A stretch of DNA of 64,000 nucleotides from Eledone cirrhosa (GCA_964016885.1 OZ024744.1:103478001-103542000); one strand, 5' to 3'. Counted from the stretch's first letter, positions 37,301 to 52,839 are shown. The notes: generated from the sequence alone by a model not told the origin. Translations and numbers: made by a program.

Positions 37301-39358
37301 CTACCACCACCACCACCTACTACTACCACCACCTACTACTACCACCACCTACTACTACTACCACCACCTACGACTGCTACCACCACCACCTATTACTACC
37401 ACCACCTACTACTACCACCACCACCTACTACCACCACCACCACCTACTACTACCACCACCACCCACTACTACCACCATCTACTACCACCACCACCACCTA
37501 CTACTACCACCACCACCTACTACTACCACCACCACCTACTACTACCACCACCACCACCTACTACTACCACCACCTACTACTACCACCACCTACTACTACT
37601 ACCACCACCTACGACTGCTACCACCACCACCTATTACTACCACCACCTACTACTACCACCACCACCTACTACTACCACCACCACCTACTACTACTACCAC
37701 CACTACCACCACCTACTACTACTACCACCACCACCTACTACTACCACCACCTACTACCACCACCACCTACTACTATCACCACCACCTACTACTACTACCA
37801 CCACCTACTACTACCACCACCACCTACTACCACCACCACCTACTACTACTACCACCACCTACTACTACTACCACCACCACCTACTACTACCACCACCTAC
37901 TACCACCACCACCTACTACTACTACCACCACCTACTACTACTACCACCACCTACTACTACCACCACCACCTGCTACTACCACCACCTACTACTACTACCA
38001 CCACCTACTACTACTACCACCACCACCTACTACTACCACCACCTACTACTACCACCACCACCTACTACTACCACCACCACCTTCTACCACCACCTACTAC
38101 TACTACCACCACCACCTACCACCACCCCCACCTACTACTACCACCACCTACTACTACCAACACCACCTACTATCACCACCACCTTCTACTACCACCACCA
38201 CCTACTACTACCACCACCTACTACTACCACCACCACCTACTACTACCACCACCTACTACTACCACCACCTACTACTACCACCACCACCTACTACTACTAT
38301 CAGCACCTACTACTACCACCACCACCTTCTACTACCACCACCACCTACTACTACCACCACCACCTACTACTACCACCACCACCTACTACTACCACCACCA
38401 CCTACTACTACTATCAACACCTACTACTACCACCACCTACTACCACCACCTACTACTACCACCGCCACCTACTACCTCACCACCACCTACTACTACCACC
38501 ACCACCTACTACTACCACCACCTACTACTACTACTACCACCACCACCTACTACTACTATCAGCACCTACTACTACCACCACCACCTACTACTACCACCAC
38601 CTACTACTACTACCACCACCACCTACTACTACCACCACCACCTACTACTACCACCACCACCTACTACTACCACCACCACCTACTACCACCACCACCTACT
38701 ACTACCACCAACACCTACTACCACCACCACCTACTACTACCACCACCACCTACTACCACCACCACCTACTACTACCACCACCACCTTCTACCACCACCAC
38801 CTACTACTACCACCACCACCTTCTACCACCACCACCTACCACCACCACCACCTACTACCACCACCACCTACCACCACCACCACCTACTACCACCACCACC
38901 TACTACCACCACCACCTACTACTACCACCACCACCTACCACTACCACCACCACCTACTACTACCACCACCACCTACTACTACCACCAACACCTACTACCA
39001 CCACCACCTACTACTACCACCACCACCTACTACCACCACCACCTACCACCACCACCTACTACTACCACCAACACCTACTACCACCACCACCTACTACTAC
39101 CACCACCACCTACTACCACCACCACCTACTACTACCACCACCACCTACTACCACCACCACCTACCACCACCACCACCACCTACTACCACCACCACCTACC
39201 ACCACCACCACCTACTACCACCACCACCTACTACCACCACCACCTACTACTACCACCACCACCTTCTACTACCACCACCTACTACTACCACCACCACCTA
39301 CCACCACCACCACCACCTACCACCACCACCACCTACTACTACCACCACCACCTACTAT
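34202..39358. repeat. About 5.2 kb of (CTA/CCA)n cryptic triplet satellite, opposite orientation to 32989-34035
   Basis: (CTA)2-4(CCA)2-4 C units; continues at 43237-43350 beyond the pogo insertion. Confidence 0.97.
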
Positions 39359-39360
39359 TG

Positions 39361-41498
39361 CCATGTTTCCCCGATTATAACCTCGGCTTATATTAATATT
39401 TACTCCGAAATGTACCACTACGGCTTATTTTCGGGGGGGAGGGGGTTCATATACCGACCAAACGACACTACCAAACTGAATATTACACATACGTTAAATT
39501 ATTGGAAATTATGAAAAAAACAACAAACATTTACGCGCAACGTTTACTTGAAAGATCAAATTTATTAAAAATTAACACACTCTCTAATTCAAAAACTCAT
39601 ATGCGAAATAATCCACTAATTTATTCAACAACAATCATGTCATCCTGCTCTGGAATGTCATTGTTTTCCAAATCAGTGGATTCAATGATTCCTCTGGAAT
39701 TTTCTTGTGACTCAATTGCCTGCAGAATTGTCGTCCTTAGTCTTTCATGTTGAGCGATAGAGGTCGAATTGAATGGAGAGTTCTTATCCAGATAGCCTGC
39801 TCATAGTACATTCATGACACAGCTATCTGTGATTTTGTTCCATGAATTTCCCACCCAAGTCATGATCTCTTGAAGGCTAGGTAGGCTTCATGAAATTTCC
39901 CCGCTCATTTCTCGCCATTCTGTTTTCGATATAGTCATTTATTTCCATGCACAGATGATCCTTGAATGGTTTATTCAGTGCGATGTCAAGAGTCTGGAGA
40001 TAGGCGGTCATTCCTGCGGGAATCATGATTGGATCGATTTGGCATGCACCATGCCAAAGATATGAAGAAAGTTCTTCATATCTTTGGCATGGTGCATGCT
40101 GGCTGAATCTCAGACTATAAGACCTCTTTGGGTTCCACGCAAAATCAATGGCAGCATGAAATGGACCCACTTCCTTAAAACTGCCTGTGTGCACCACGCC
40201 TTTTTAGTTTCCAGAACACAGATAACTGAAACGCGTTCAATTTTATCTTTCTTGCCTTTAGTGATGACTAGCAGAATGGCCCGGCGTTGCTCGGGATTTG
40301 CTCTAGGGTTCTTATATATTTGTTATATATTCATCCTTATCGAGCCTCATGAAATAAATACGTTTGTTTATATTTTGTTATTGTGTATGCAAAAATATCT
40401 GTACACGAATATATAATATATATATATATACATATATATATTAAAATAACAGATTAAAGTTTCAGCAAATAATCGCTGCTTTCACCCTTAACGGGATCTT
40501 CTGAAACTAAAAAAAATCAATCTGTGAACGCAGAAGTAAATATTTCGAAAAACGTTACACACACTATATATATATATATATACACTATATATATACACAC
40601 ACACACACACACATATATATATAGCGTCATAATGTCGTGATGCAGACATCAGACATACAGACAGATATTATAAGGGCGCAACGTTATATCTATGTATCTA
40701 TCTAAAAAGAAAGACTAAGAATTATAGAGAGAGATCGCTAAACGGCGCCTAATGCGGTCCCTAGGGCATTGAAAATTTGAAATAATTTTTGCTCAAAACA
40801 CTCACAGCACCATAAGTATTACATGTGTAAAGTTTGAAAAAATTCGGTTGGGTGGTTCTCGAGTTTTAGGGAGTCAGACAGACAGACATTCTCTGTTTTA
40901 GATATATAGACTAGCAGAATGCCCCGGCGTTACTCGGGATTTGCTCTAGGGTTCTTATATATTTGTTATATATTTATCCTTATTGAGCCTCGTGAAATAA
41001 ATACGTTTATTTATATTTTGTTATTGTGTATGCAAAAATATCTGTAAAAGGAATATATAATTATATATATATCTATATATCTAAAACGGAGAATGTCTGT
41101 CTGCTGTCAGCTCACTAAAACTTGAGAACCACCCAACCGATTGTTTTCAAACTTTACACATGTAATACTTATGGTGCTGTGAGTGTTTTGAGCAAAAATT
41201 ATTTCAAATTTTCAATGCCCTAGGGACCGCATTAGGCGATTTAGCGATCTCTCTCTATAATTCTTAGTCTTTCTTTTTAGATAGATACATAGATATAACG
41301 TTGCGCCCTTATAATTGTTTCTACTTTAGGCACAAGGCCAGCAAATACCCAGTGCATTACTGGTACTTTATTTTATCGACCCCGCTGTCTGTATGTCTGG
41401 CCGTCTGCATTACGTGATTATGACGCGATCAGTGTGTGTATATATATGTATCATAATGCAGACAGCAAGACATATAGCTTTCCTTCCCCTCTTCCAGC

Positions 41499-41554
<56 letters not shown>

Positions 41555-43234
41555 ATCCCCCTCTTTTAGTCTGTCTGTTTCTTTCACTCTCACTCTTTCT
41601 CTTTATAACTCACTCACGTTAATACTAAAGGGTTAAGGTATTGTTCTCAAAATAAATAATATTAAATCTATGAGATTTTTATATTATGTGAGATAAAGCC
41701 TTTACCATGAAAATAATATAGTATATATAGAGTAATGTAAATGCTAAAGGGTTAATTCCATCAGACCATATGAGAGAGTTTATAATCACTCACGCACACA
41801 TACACACTCACGCATGCAAACGCACACAAACTCACACACATGCGCGCGCACGTACACACACACGCAATAGTTATTCCACTGTCATGTATCTTTGACGCAT
41901 ACAACTCTCAAAAGACGACGTCTGTCACTCTCTCTCTCTCCCGCTATCCCCCTCTTTTAGTCTGTCTGTTTCTTTCACTCTCACTCTTTCTCTCTGTAAC
42001 TCGTTCACATTTCTGCCCTCTATCGAAAAACGCTGTGACGAATGGGGAGAAGGAGGAGGAGGAGTAGAGAGCCGCTTCTTCACTTCGCCTCTCCGTTTCT
42101 TTCTCTCCCCTCTCACTCCATCATTATGTACAGACATTGGCCACTTCACTAATTCGATCCCTAGGTCAGAATAATTTGAAATTTCTTTTGCTCAAAACAC
42201 TTCTGGGGCTATACGGATTACATATGTAAAGTTTGAAAAAAAACGGTTGGGTACTTCTCGAGTTTTAGGGAAACAGACACACAGACAGAAATCCTCTGTT
42301 TTATATATATATAGATAAGAGGTGGGGCTTTGCTTCCGTCGAGATGAATTGCCAAGATACACGTAACTCGTGCATTCTCGTAACCAGTGGATGGAATGTA
42401 AATTGAAGACGCACCCCTTTGATCAATTGTAGATTGAGAGCTTTGACCCATGAATAGTGCTGTTTCATCCATAGCAATCATGTTGGAGAAAATTCGGTAG
42501 TTAGAAAATTCTATTTCATCAACAAAAGACTTAAATGCAAGTGCACGTTTAATAATCTCAGTATCGTCCAGTTTGAACAGTGTTGTCGATCTTCTCAGAG
42601 AAAATTTGTGTCGCTGAAGGAAATTATCCAGCCAGTGTTTGGATGCTTTGAATTCTTCTGGAACTATACCAAACTCTAGTGCATTTGTAAGGGCAAACGT
42701 TTGAATATCAGCCCTGTGAACAACCAAAGCTCCGGTTCTTCTTTCAGCAATTCATTCACAGATGGCGCCTTCCAGCTCAAGAAATATCGGTTGTCGACCA
42801 GATCCACGCTTACCTTTCTTTGCATTTCCCTCGTCCATGTCCTGACTGAGTTTATCGTAGTCCATGCTCCATCTTTGAACCATTCGGAGATCCAGATTCT
42901 TTTCTTTGCAGAAAATAGTAAGATTCTTGCCCAGTGATTCCTCCACACTTCCTTTCTTGTACTCCACTGTATAACTCTTCCGTCCTTTCAACTTGTCTAG
43001 GGTGAAAATGATCTTCTCCCCTGAAGTTACTGATAAGCCATTACTTAGATACAATTAAGATACAATCCTGTTTTATAATGGCTGATTGCGCCAATTTTCA
43101 TAGCTGGCCATTTCTTTCTTCTGGCGTTCATTTTTGCTACAGCTTGTTTTCGGGGCATGGCTTATATTAAATCCATCCTGAAATATAGTGCTACGGCTTA
43201 TTTTCGAGGGTGGCTTATAATGGGGGAAACACGG
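39361..43234 (-). mobile_element. pogo/Tc2-family DNA transposon, split by a Helitron cluster
   Basis: TIRs ccatgtttccccgattataa and ttataatgggggaaacacgg|TA; RKSYTVEYK, FKASKHWLDNFLQRH, IAMDET, IPAGMTAYLQTLDIALNKPFK. Confidence 0.88.
40268..42315 (-). mobile_element. Composite of non-autonomous Helitrons inserted at A|T without duplication
   Basis: 5' TC at 42315, 3' CTAG at 40268, internal CTAG|TC junction at 40910/40911, nested plus-strand copy from about 41072; the empty site restores KAPPLIITKGKKDK. Confidence 0.8.
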
Positions 43235-43896
43235 TATTACCACAACCTCCACCTACTATTACTACTACTACCACCACCTACTACTACCACTACCACCACT
43301 ACCACCTACCACCATCACCTACCAGCACCACAACCACCACCATCACCACTTACTCTCACACACCCCTTCTCTCTCTTACTCTCTCCCACCCCCTCTCTCA
43401 CACACCTCTCTCTCTCTCTCTCTCTCAGTCGTACTCTTACACTCTCACACCCGCTCTCTCTCTCACACGGTCTTACTCTTACACTCTCACAACCGCTCTC
43501 TCTCTCACACGGTCTTACTCTTACACTCTCACAACCTCTCTCTCTCACAGACTTACTCTCTAAAATACCTCTCTCTCTTACTCACTCTCTCTCACAGTCT
43601 TACTCTTACACTCACACACACCCTCTCTCTCTGTTACTCTCTCTCACACACACCCTCTCACTCACACACCCCTTCTCTTACTCTCTCTAGACGTCTCTCT
43701 CTTTCTCTATATATTTTCCATTTCTGTAAGATTTCATCCTCTATTGTCTCGTCTCTTCCTCTCTCTCTCTCGTCCTCTCACTCTCTCTTTCCCTCACATA
43801 TTCTATTAGTTTTCTTTTTGCTTTTCTTTCGCGTCCTTTTCTCTTATTTTAGTGTATCTTATCTTTTCTATTTCCTTTACTTTCTCTCTTCACACT

Positions 43897-44081
<185 letters not shown>

Positions 44082-44084
44082 CTC

Positions 44085-47000
44085 TCTGTCTCGGATAGTC
44101 TTGACCTGCGCTGCTTCGCTGGTAAGTTTTTTGTCAATTTTGCATACAAAAAACCGAAATTTTTGTTGAAAAAATATATTGACAGCTGGAGGGCAATCTC
44201 ACTTTTAGCCCCACAAGGGGCAGACATTTTATTTGAAAAAGTTTTCAAGAAAAATAAAATATTCTGCTATCAACAATGGCAAGCTCAGAAGGAATGCTAA
44301 TCTCCGCTGAAGAAAGTAGTGAAAGGCAAAAATTAACGTCTCCGTGCATAGGCGTCACTATGGTGACAAATAGTGACAACGCAGTTTTCTTTTCGCCAAG
44401 AAGGCGAAACAAGCAACTCACAAAATGGACCACAAAGCATAGAACACACATCAAAAACCACAAATAATGAAACAATTTCCACAACCATAAACCAAAAATA
44501 TATTTCGCATTGGAGATTTAAAAAATGTTGATATCTCCAATGCTAGGGAGATGCTTAGTGAAGCAAAAGAATTTGTGACTTTAGAAGAAAAAGGTGAGTT
44601 TATAATAAACTCACCTCCCGAAATCCGCCTTGAAACTCTCCGAAGGACGGTTACCTTCAGAACTGTTTCAAATGATATAAGGAAGCCGGCATTCCTCAGT
44701 CAAGAAGAAATAGAAATGACATTGAAGGAGGCTTTGCCGGACATAGATTTTATGCAGAGGACCAGACAGTATGGAAGCATTTCGATGCTCCTCAAAAGCG
44801 AGGCCCTCGCAGAGAAATATTCTGTAACTCCAGTGTCTTCTGCTAAATACACCTTTTTTTCTACTTACCTGGGGAAAAGGACCCAAAAGAAAAAAATATT
44901 CAATATACCACCAAATATTAATATTAAAGAAGAAAGAGGACACCATCCTCCCCATCAAAAAATCAACCAGACACAAGTGGTCTGGTACAAATTTGGAACA
45001 TTTGGTGCAAATGAGGCCAGAGAGAATCTCCAAGATGCCGGAAAGAGTACTAGTGGACAATAACAGCCACATCAACATTTCCACTGAAGGAGGAGGCTGC
45101 ACTGCTTTCGATGTTCCAGCGCATCGCATTTAAAGGCCTCCTGCCCTTTACAGAAAAACTTCAAAAAACAAGACAAAAAAGTACTCTTACCAGCACCAAA
45201 ACCACCACCACAACAACAATAACAACAACACCAGACAAAACAAACAAATAACCATTCAACCAACAACAACAGGAAAAAACACAGACAATTCCCCTGAAGA
45301 ACACAGTCCCACCCATCCCCCTCCATCCAACACTACCACAAACATACACACAAAAACACCATCACCACACAACATACCCCTCCCGCACACTCCTGATGAC
45401 GATTATTCATCATCAGACAAAACTACTTCTCCATCCCCAAGCCAGGATGAAGGAGAGCCTCGGAAATTAAAAAAAAAAATAAAGAAACACCGCAAAGCCA
45501 CAAAAACACCAATCATCAACACAAACACACAACCACCGACATAAACAACAACACAAACAACACCACAATCAAACCTCCCCCTACCAGCAAAACAAACACC
45601 AACACCACTCCAAACACAAACACCCACCGTAAAAAGAAGACTCCCAGATGAACAACAAACAAAAACAATACAACAAAAACACAAACAACAGTATACATAC
45701 ATCAACACCAACAACAAAAACTTGATGGAGGTCATCTCCAAAACCCCAAGGTGGAGACCGAGGGAAAACTTTCGTGAAATCGGAATCGGCACCACACCTG
45801 AAATTAATAAGAGTTCCCATGGAAACTAAAAAAACGAATTTTCGCAGGACATCGGAATCCCCATCGGAATCTCCATCGGAATCCCCTGTCAAAAACCCAT
45901 AAACCGCGTCCTATTAAAATGTTTCCCCACCCCACCCAACACCCCCACCAGCACCTAAATGGAAATTGAACAATCCGATCTCCAGGAAACGAAAAGGTAA
46001 GCGCATCTTTTTGTCCTTTTTCGCCAACTCTTCACCACCAACATGGCTAATCTATGAGTTGGAAGTGCGCATGTGTGTGGTCTAGGGGTATCCTGGAAAC
46101 AGGGCCAACTTTTAAACGACCTTAGGTCACACGGTATGGATGTGATAGCCATCACCGGGTCCAGGATCCTCAACAGGCAGCAACTAACCCCCATCTCCAA
46201 TGACTTTGAGATCTACGCATCTCTCTGTCAGCCAGGAGGTGGAGGGGGAGTGACTGTCATGTTTCGGAAAAACCTGGACCTCGAAATACAGCAAATACAC
46301 TTGGACCCGGAGGGTAGACTGGTAGTCCTAGACGTGAACAATATTGGAGGAGGAGCCTTCAGACAGATGGCCGTTTATGCCCCGACTGGGCAATCGCGGC
46401 CAGACTTCTTTAAGCATCTAGAGTCTTTTCTGGGAACGTCTCGCTCCTTGCTTTTAGTGGGGGACTGGAATGGTATCCTAGATACACGATGGGACTATGT
46501 AGGAACATGTCCCAGTAGAGGGGGGAGCGGGGTACAACAGCCTCAAAAATTTAATCGGCCAATTCCAACTGGCCTAGAGGTATCGACTAGACTTCCCGAC
46601 TGCACCACAGTGGACGTGGACAAATCGTAGCGAGACATCTAGATCGTATTTAGACCGGTTCTTTATTAGAGAGAGAGAGACAAAAGATGCTAAGCTGTCC
46701 ACAAATGTACATGGTTGCCTATTCAGACCACAAACTAGTCACCTGCATAGTCAACCATGATAGAACGCATAGATAAGGACCCGGATGCTGGAAGCTGAAC
46801 ATGTCATTACCGACGCGTAAAGCCTACAGTAGACAAATAAGTAGATTAGTTGAGCAAAATTTGACGGGAGTTATCGTAAACAATAGATGGTGGTACTCTT
46901 TGAAGAGAGCAATTAGAGTAGAGTCGATAGCTTTTAGCAAAGAGTTAGCCTTAGAGAAAAACAAAACAGAAAGAGAACTAGTAGCCAAGGTAGAGGAGGC

Positions 47001-49445
47001 GCTTAGGATTGGCAACGCAGCTAGAGTGCTAGCAACGAGAACGGCACTAGACCAGTTCTTCGATGCGAAACACGAAGACTGCGTGGTCAGGAGTAGATCA
47101 CATGCTCTAGGAAATGAGGGAGCAAAAGCTGTGGCAACAAGTCCTTTGTTCGGTCTTTGAAAGACCAAAACGGACGCGTGCTACTTGACTCCAGGCAGAT
47201 GTACACGGCCTTTCAGCGGCACTTTGTGCAACTGTTCGAGCGGAGCGTTGCACCGAACGAGGCAATGGACTTCGGTTCATACCTCGACAGCCTGCCCCGT
47301 CTCTTGAGCATGGACGCAGAGTTCTGCGAAAGACCGATCACAGCCACTGAGATATGGGACGTTCTGGGCAGCTACGGGAAACACAAATCACCCGGTGTAG
47401 ATGGTCTACCCTATGAATTTTACATAGGCATGCCGGACTTGTTCTCTGGTGTCCTCGAAGCCGTCTACTGGAACTGGCAACAGAACGGAGGAATTTCCAG
47501 TTCTGTAGGCAGGGGCGTAGTAACGCTGATCAGGAAAGACAAGAACAAAGGGGACGAAATAAGCAACTTCAGGCCCATAACTCTCCTAAACACAGAGTTA
47601 AAGATTTTGGCCAAGGTGTGAGCAACGCTTGTCATCAAGCATTTGGTGGGAAAAGTTTAAACGTGTGCAATTCCAACCACATCCATACACAACAACCTTC
47701 ACCTCATGCGATACATCATGCACACCAACATCTGCTCGACACTCAAGTTGAATGGCTACCTATCGAAGCCATTCCCAATCACGCGTTCCACCCGACAGGG
47801 ATGCCCTCTCTCTTCCATTCTGTGCGTATTGACTCTAGAGCCACTACTGTGGAAGTTGGAGTTTTTGCAGGGCATCCCTTTAGAACCAGGACTGCGAAAA
47901 TCGGCGTCGGCTTATGCCGACGACGTGACAGTAATGGTCGAAAACCTCGGAAATCGGGGCGATCGGCAACTTACAGGAGCAAAACTCAACCCGGACAAAT
48001 CTGTCAGTTTGCAACTTGAACGTGGAGAGGCAAACCGATGCCGTCCGACATGCTCGGGGTCTGGTTCAGTCCGGATCTCCAGGTGGAGAAAAACTGGAAC
48101 GAGGTCATGGCCAAGGTATTTGCACTCACCCATAAGTGGGCAGAGTGCAAACTATCCTTGAATGGTCGAGCGGAGGTGGCGAACACTTTCATAGCGTCTG
48201 TCATCTACTACCGCTTGACTGTCGCGCCTTGTGCCCCTGTGAATACCTTACCAAGATGGAACGCATGCTCTTCCAATTCCCTGGGAAGAAGTAGGCTCCA
48301 CTGGTGAGCTGCCAGCACCCTTCCAACGGAGGGCTGGGAATGGCGTGGCTGATGATGCGCAAACACGCTCTGAGGCTACGGCATCTCCAGGTGTTCCTCA
48401 CCAACCAACCGATGTGGGCCCCGTTTGTGAGACAAGCCTTCCCGCAACTTGTCTCGCTGACGGAGCTGCAGCCCTGGGTCAAGCGGAGACCGAAGAAAAT
48501 GGGCGCCTGGCACATTGAATGCGCTCAGGCGCTCACAGTCCTCTGTCAATCGAGTACAGCAATCAGTGGAGACTCCACTTCGACATTTTATAGAGGGAGA
48601 GTACGACACAAGTGCGACGACGTGCTCGGAGAGACTCTAAGCGTCAAAGACGATGAACTCATCAGTCTGTTCAGTAGGACTTTCTGCCCGGGATCTATGG
48701 ACAACTTCCAAAGGTCCCTAGCCTCACAGTGCTACCGAGTACGCGATAAGATCTACAGGCACAGGCGCCCCGGCAGAGATCCTTCAAAGAGAACGTGTCC
48801 AAGATGTGAGCGGGACATTGAAACCGTCCTGCACGCAATTGTACACTGCCCGGGTGTAACCGACCTGTGGAACTATGCAGAACAACTGCTGTCGCATGTG
48901 GGACAAATCCAGTTGACTGCCAATTCCATAGTAAGGATCAAATCGCCACCTTCATTTAAAAACGAAAGAGAGGCAGTTTTCCTCTGTATAGTGGCTATGG
49001 TGAAAGAGGTTATATGGTGGACTAGGTTGAGAGGACTGAGGACAGAAGCCTTTCTCTCCGGACAACTCATTCCCTTCTTTAGGTACCACTTTAGAAGGAG
49101 AATCAGAGTGGAGAGAGAGGTACTGCACCCCAGTAAATTTACTGAAAGGTGGGTGAATGTGGCAAAAATGGCCCGAGTGATTGGGCCTTCTCTGTATATA
49201 AACCTGTAGGTTGAAGAAGAGGGAAAAAGGAAGAAAGGAGCACTTGCATAACATGCTCCTGGAGTTGAGGGTTGTTCTATCTACGGGGTATAAAACAACC
49301 CATTTGTAACGCCTTCCCCTATTGTGGATTTCGATTGTTGAATTTGTATGTTAAAATTTTTTACACGATTGTATGTAAAATCCCCGGCATATGTCTTTGT
49401 ATTGTCCCCTTTTCTTGTGCGCCCTTGTGGCAAATAAAGAAAAAT
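44085..49445 (+). mobile_element. Near full-length decayed Tx1/L1-clade LINE inside a (TC)n microsatellite
   Basis: ORF1 with CFRCSSASHLKASC knuckle (about 45100-45145); ORF2 from about 46043 with APE (VYAP, LVGDWN, YLDRF, SDH), RT (KSPGVDGLPYEFY, FRPITLLNTELKILAK, RQGCPLS, AYADD) and C-terminal CPRC..ETVLH...HC; 3' AATAAA. Confidence 0.92.
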
Positions 49446-49500
49446 AGCCTTTCTCTCTTCTCTCTCTCTCTCTCTCTCTTCTTTCTTACTCTCTCCATTC

Positions 49501-49574
<74 letters not shown>

Positions 49575-49984
49575 TTCTCTATTTCTCTCTCTCTACATTC
49601 TTACTGTCTCCATCACTCTTTCTTCTTTCTCTCTCTTCTTACTCTCTCCATCCCACTTTCTTTTTTCTCTCTTTTCTTACTCTCTCCATTCCTCTTTCTC
49701 TCTCTTCTCTCTTTCTCCCTCCCTCATCCTTTGTCTCCCTTTCTCTACAGAATGGAGAAAGATAGTTTGCAAAATAAAATGGCCAGACTTTTCGATATGC
49801 CTATATACAATTGAACTTAAATATATTGCTTGTTTTGTAAAGCAAAACAATTTTTACCATCGTCGGCTGATTTAGTAGATATGTAGAGTTTTGGGATGTT
49901 GGTTTTCTAATTTCAGAGTTCAAGCTGGACACACAGAGAACACTTTCTTCCATTCCCTCATTTCCTTGCACACCTTTCAAATGG

Positions 49985-51230
49985 GACACGTATGGTTGCT
50001 GACAACAAAGTCATTTCTGCCACAGGTGTCCAACTGGGCCCCCTAATCTTTGCGCTGGCTGTTCATGACATTGCTCATCCAGTCCCACTCATCCTTCAGT
50101 ATCTGGTATCTGGACGACGCGATTCTGAGTGTCTCGATTGAGTCTGTTGTTGTGGACCTTCAGCAAGTCATTCCAGCCATAAAGCTCCTAGGAGTTGAGA
50201 TAAACCTGTCCAAATCCAAGGTTGTAAATGTGAACTAAAGCGAAGCTGAATTCCAAGATGCTGTACTCAGCATCTTGCCCTTCATGATTGGGGCTCAGCT
50301 AATGCCGAAATATGTTGTCTGCATTCTCAGCTCTCCAGTTTTCCCGGAAGCCATACAAGAGTGACTGAAACCAAACATGTAGACTTAACGAGGATAATGG
50401 AGAGATTGCACCACATTGACACTCTTCTCCTGAGAAACTGTTTCGCCCTCCCCAAACTCCTCTTCACACTACACAGTCACACTTTTGCAGATTGCTTCGT
50501 TAAATTCGACTCCACCATCCAATGCTGTGTTGAACTCATATGCAATGTTACCTTTGACAGCATCGGCTGGCAACAGGTGAAACTCACTGGGAAATTCGGT
50601 CGCCTCTGCTTTAAATCCACTTCAAACTTGGCATAACTGGCCTATCACTCCTTATTCTCCTCCAGCCTCGGCCTCATCAGTGAGGTCCTCCGCAAGCGAG
50701 CAGAATCTGCCGACCTGGAGTCAGCTTTGGCCGATTAGATGGACGAAGGTCATGCTTTTCCCTAGTATACAGATGTCTTTAACTAAAAAGGCATCAAGTG
50801 TAGGTCTTCTTTCAGGCGTATTGTGTCACCCTTGGACCAACACTGTCTCACATGACTCTTCTCCTCCTCACAACCAAACAGTGGTGTATAGCTCAAATCT
50901 GTGTGCCCTCCTCATCAACTGGTACCTTTCTTGATGATGCGTGTAATCGTATTGGTGTAGCCCAGCCACACGGACTCCACGAGTGCTAACCACCAAATGT
51001 CGTTAAGGAGCTGTTGTTGACTAGTTCAGCCTGCACATGTTATCATGCTGATTAGTGGAGGCCTGTTCCCTCGACACGACACTCAGAATGACATCATCAA
51101 GACGCAGCCGACTTCTCAGAACTAGGGCCAGCTGGCCTCCATCATAGTAATGGTCAGTGAGCTGATGGGATAAATCCTTTTCCCATTCGAAGGAGGTATA
51201 TCCCTAATCTGGGAAGCGACAGATGATTTG
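49985..51230 (+). mobile_element. Old, decayed CRE-like non-LTR element (RT to RLE)
   Basis: GVQ.GPLIFALA, WYLDDA, LLRNCFALPKLLF, FDSIGWQQ, PFEGG..LIW. Confidence 0.7.
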
Positions 51231-52057
51231 TCCTCTTCCTTCAGCCTAGTCGCTTCGGCCGTGTTTTTGGTCCTTGCATTTCTGATTTCCTCTGTAAAAT
51301 TGGAAAGGCAGCAGCCCATCTGTGGAAGGGGCCATGTGAGGTGGGGTGGCTTCTGTCTGCAGGGAACGGATAAATCACTGCTGGGAACGGATACTGCAAG
51401 GGATGTAAAATCTGATCCTGTCTCCCACCTTTTTTGTTGCTTAATTAACTTTTTTTTTTCTCTTTCTTCTTTTTTTTTGTTTCATATACATAATACTATT
51501 TTTTTATTGTAAATATTATTGTATTTATATTGTGGCGGCGATGTACCAGCAGGTTAATGAAAGACAAATATAACAATATGTATTTATATTAATATATATG
51601 AACTTTATTACCAATTACAATTTGTATTTTTTTCATTCTTTCCGCCATTCTCTACAGAAAGGAGAAAGAGAGAAAATACCAAAATAAAATGGCCTGATTG
51701 TTTTTATATGAAAATAAATAGAAGTGAATTTGATATAAATAACATCTAAATAAATACTACGATTACTTATCTGGTAGAATGAGGAACAATAATATACAGT
51801 TTTGTTCACAGATCTTGATGGGGTGTTTTGCACATATATTTGTTACAGTGTCTACAAATATCAGCCAATATATGTTAATGTTGCGAGGTGTGTGTATGTG
51901 TGAAGGATCATGAGCGATGGCATTCCAATTTCCATTATGAAGATCCATGTTATCAATTGGCTGAGTTAGAGACAGGTTATTGGGATTATCTTGAGTTGAG
52001 GTGGAAATATTTGGTTTCAAACTGTAAACCTATCAACACAGTGGTGGTTGAAGTTAC

Positions 52058-52240
52058 TCGGTGGATTAGCAGTATCGGTAGAGGGTCGAGCGCCATGCTT
52101 TGCAGCAAAGAGTCACGGGCCTTTATGGTCTGAGTTAAAATCCCGCTGAAGTTAACTTTGCCTTTCGGGGTCGATAAAATAAAGTAGCAGTAATGCACTG
52201 GGATAATTGCTGGCCTTGTGCCAAAAGTAGAAATAATTAT
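52058..52240 (+). mobile_element. SINE, 6025 family
   Basis: cggtggattagcagtatcggtagagggtc...ggccttgtgccaaaagtagaaataattatt. Confidence 0.8.
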
Positions 52241-52765
52241 TCTGTTACCAGAATGGCACAGCTGGATAAAACACTTAATACTGTTGAAGTATTCTTTGAA
52301 GCACATTAGAGGTATTTGTGGTGGTCTATAGAGCTCAACTACTGTCAAATCAATGACTTTGTTGTGCAGGAAACCGATTCACAGTAGCCATTGAAGAATA
52401 TGTCATTTGCGTCTGTTGTAAAAGAATGGTGCAGGAAAATGTCAGTTTCTCCTACTGACACAATGTGTGCATGGTTGTAACATTTCTTTACCTCAATTCA
52501 GCTGCCATGTGGGAGGTTTTGAGGTGGGTCTCGGTTAAGATGAAGAAAGGGATGTGATGAGAATGGTCGGCAACTCAATCCTCAATGAATTCGACTATTT
52601 ATCTGGTAGAATGAGGAACAATATGTATATAACTTTAACGTGTATGTATGGGCGTGTGTATATTTGTGCGTGTATATGTATTTTTTTATATAATGGTTTT
52701 GTGTGTTTATATATAATAGCCTCAGAAAAGGCTTGAGCTCTGCCGTAGGGCCAGACTTTTTCCTA

Positions 52766-52807
<42 letters not shown>

Positions 52808-52839
52808 CGTAATTGTATGTGTGTGTGTATTTCTGTGGT

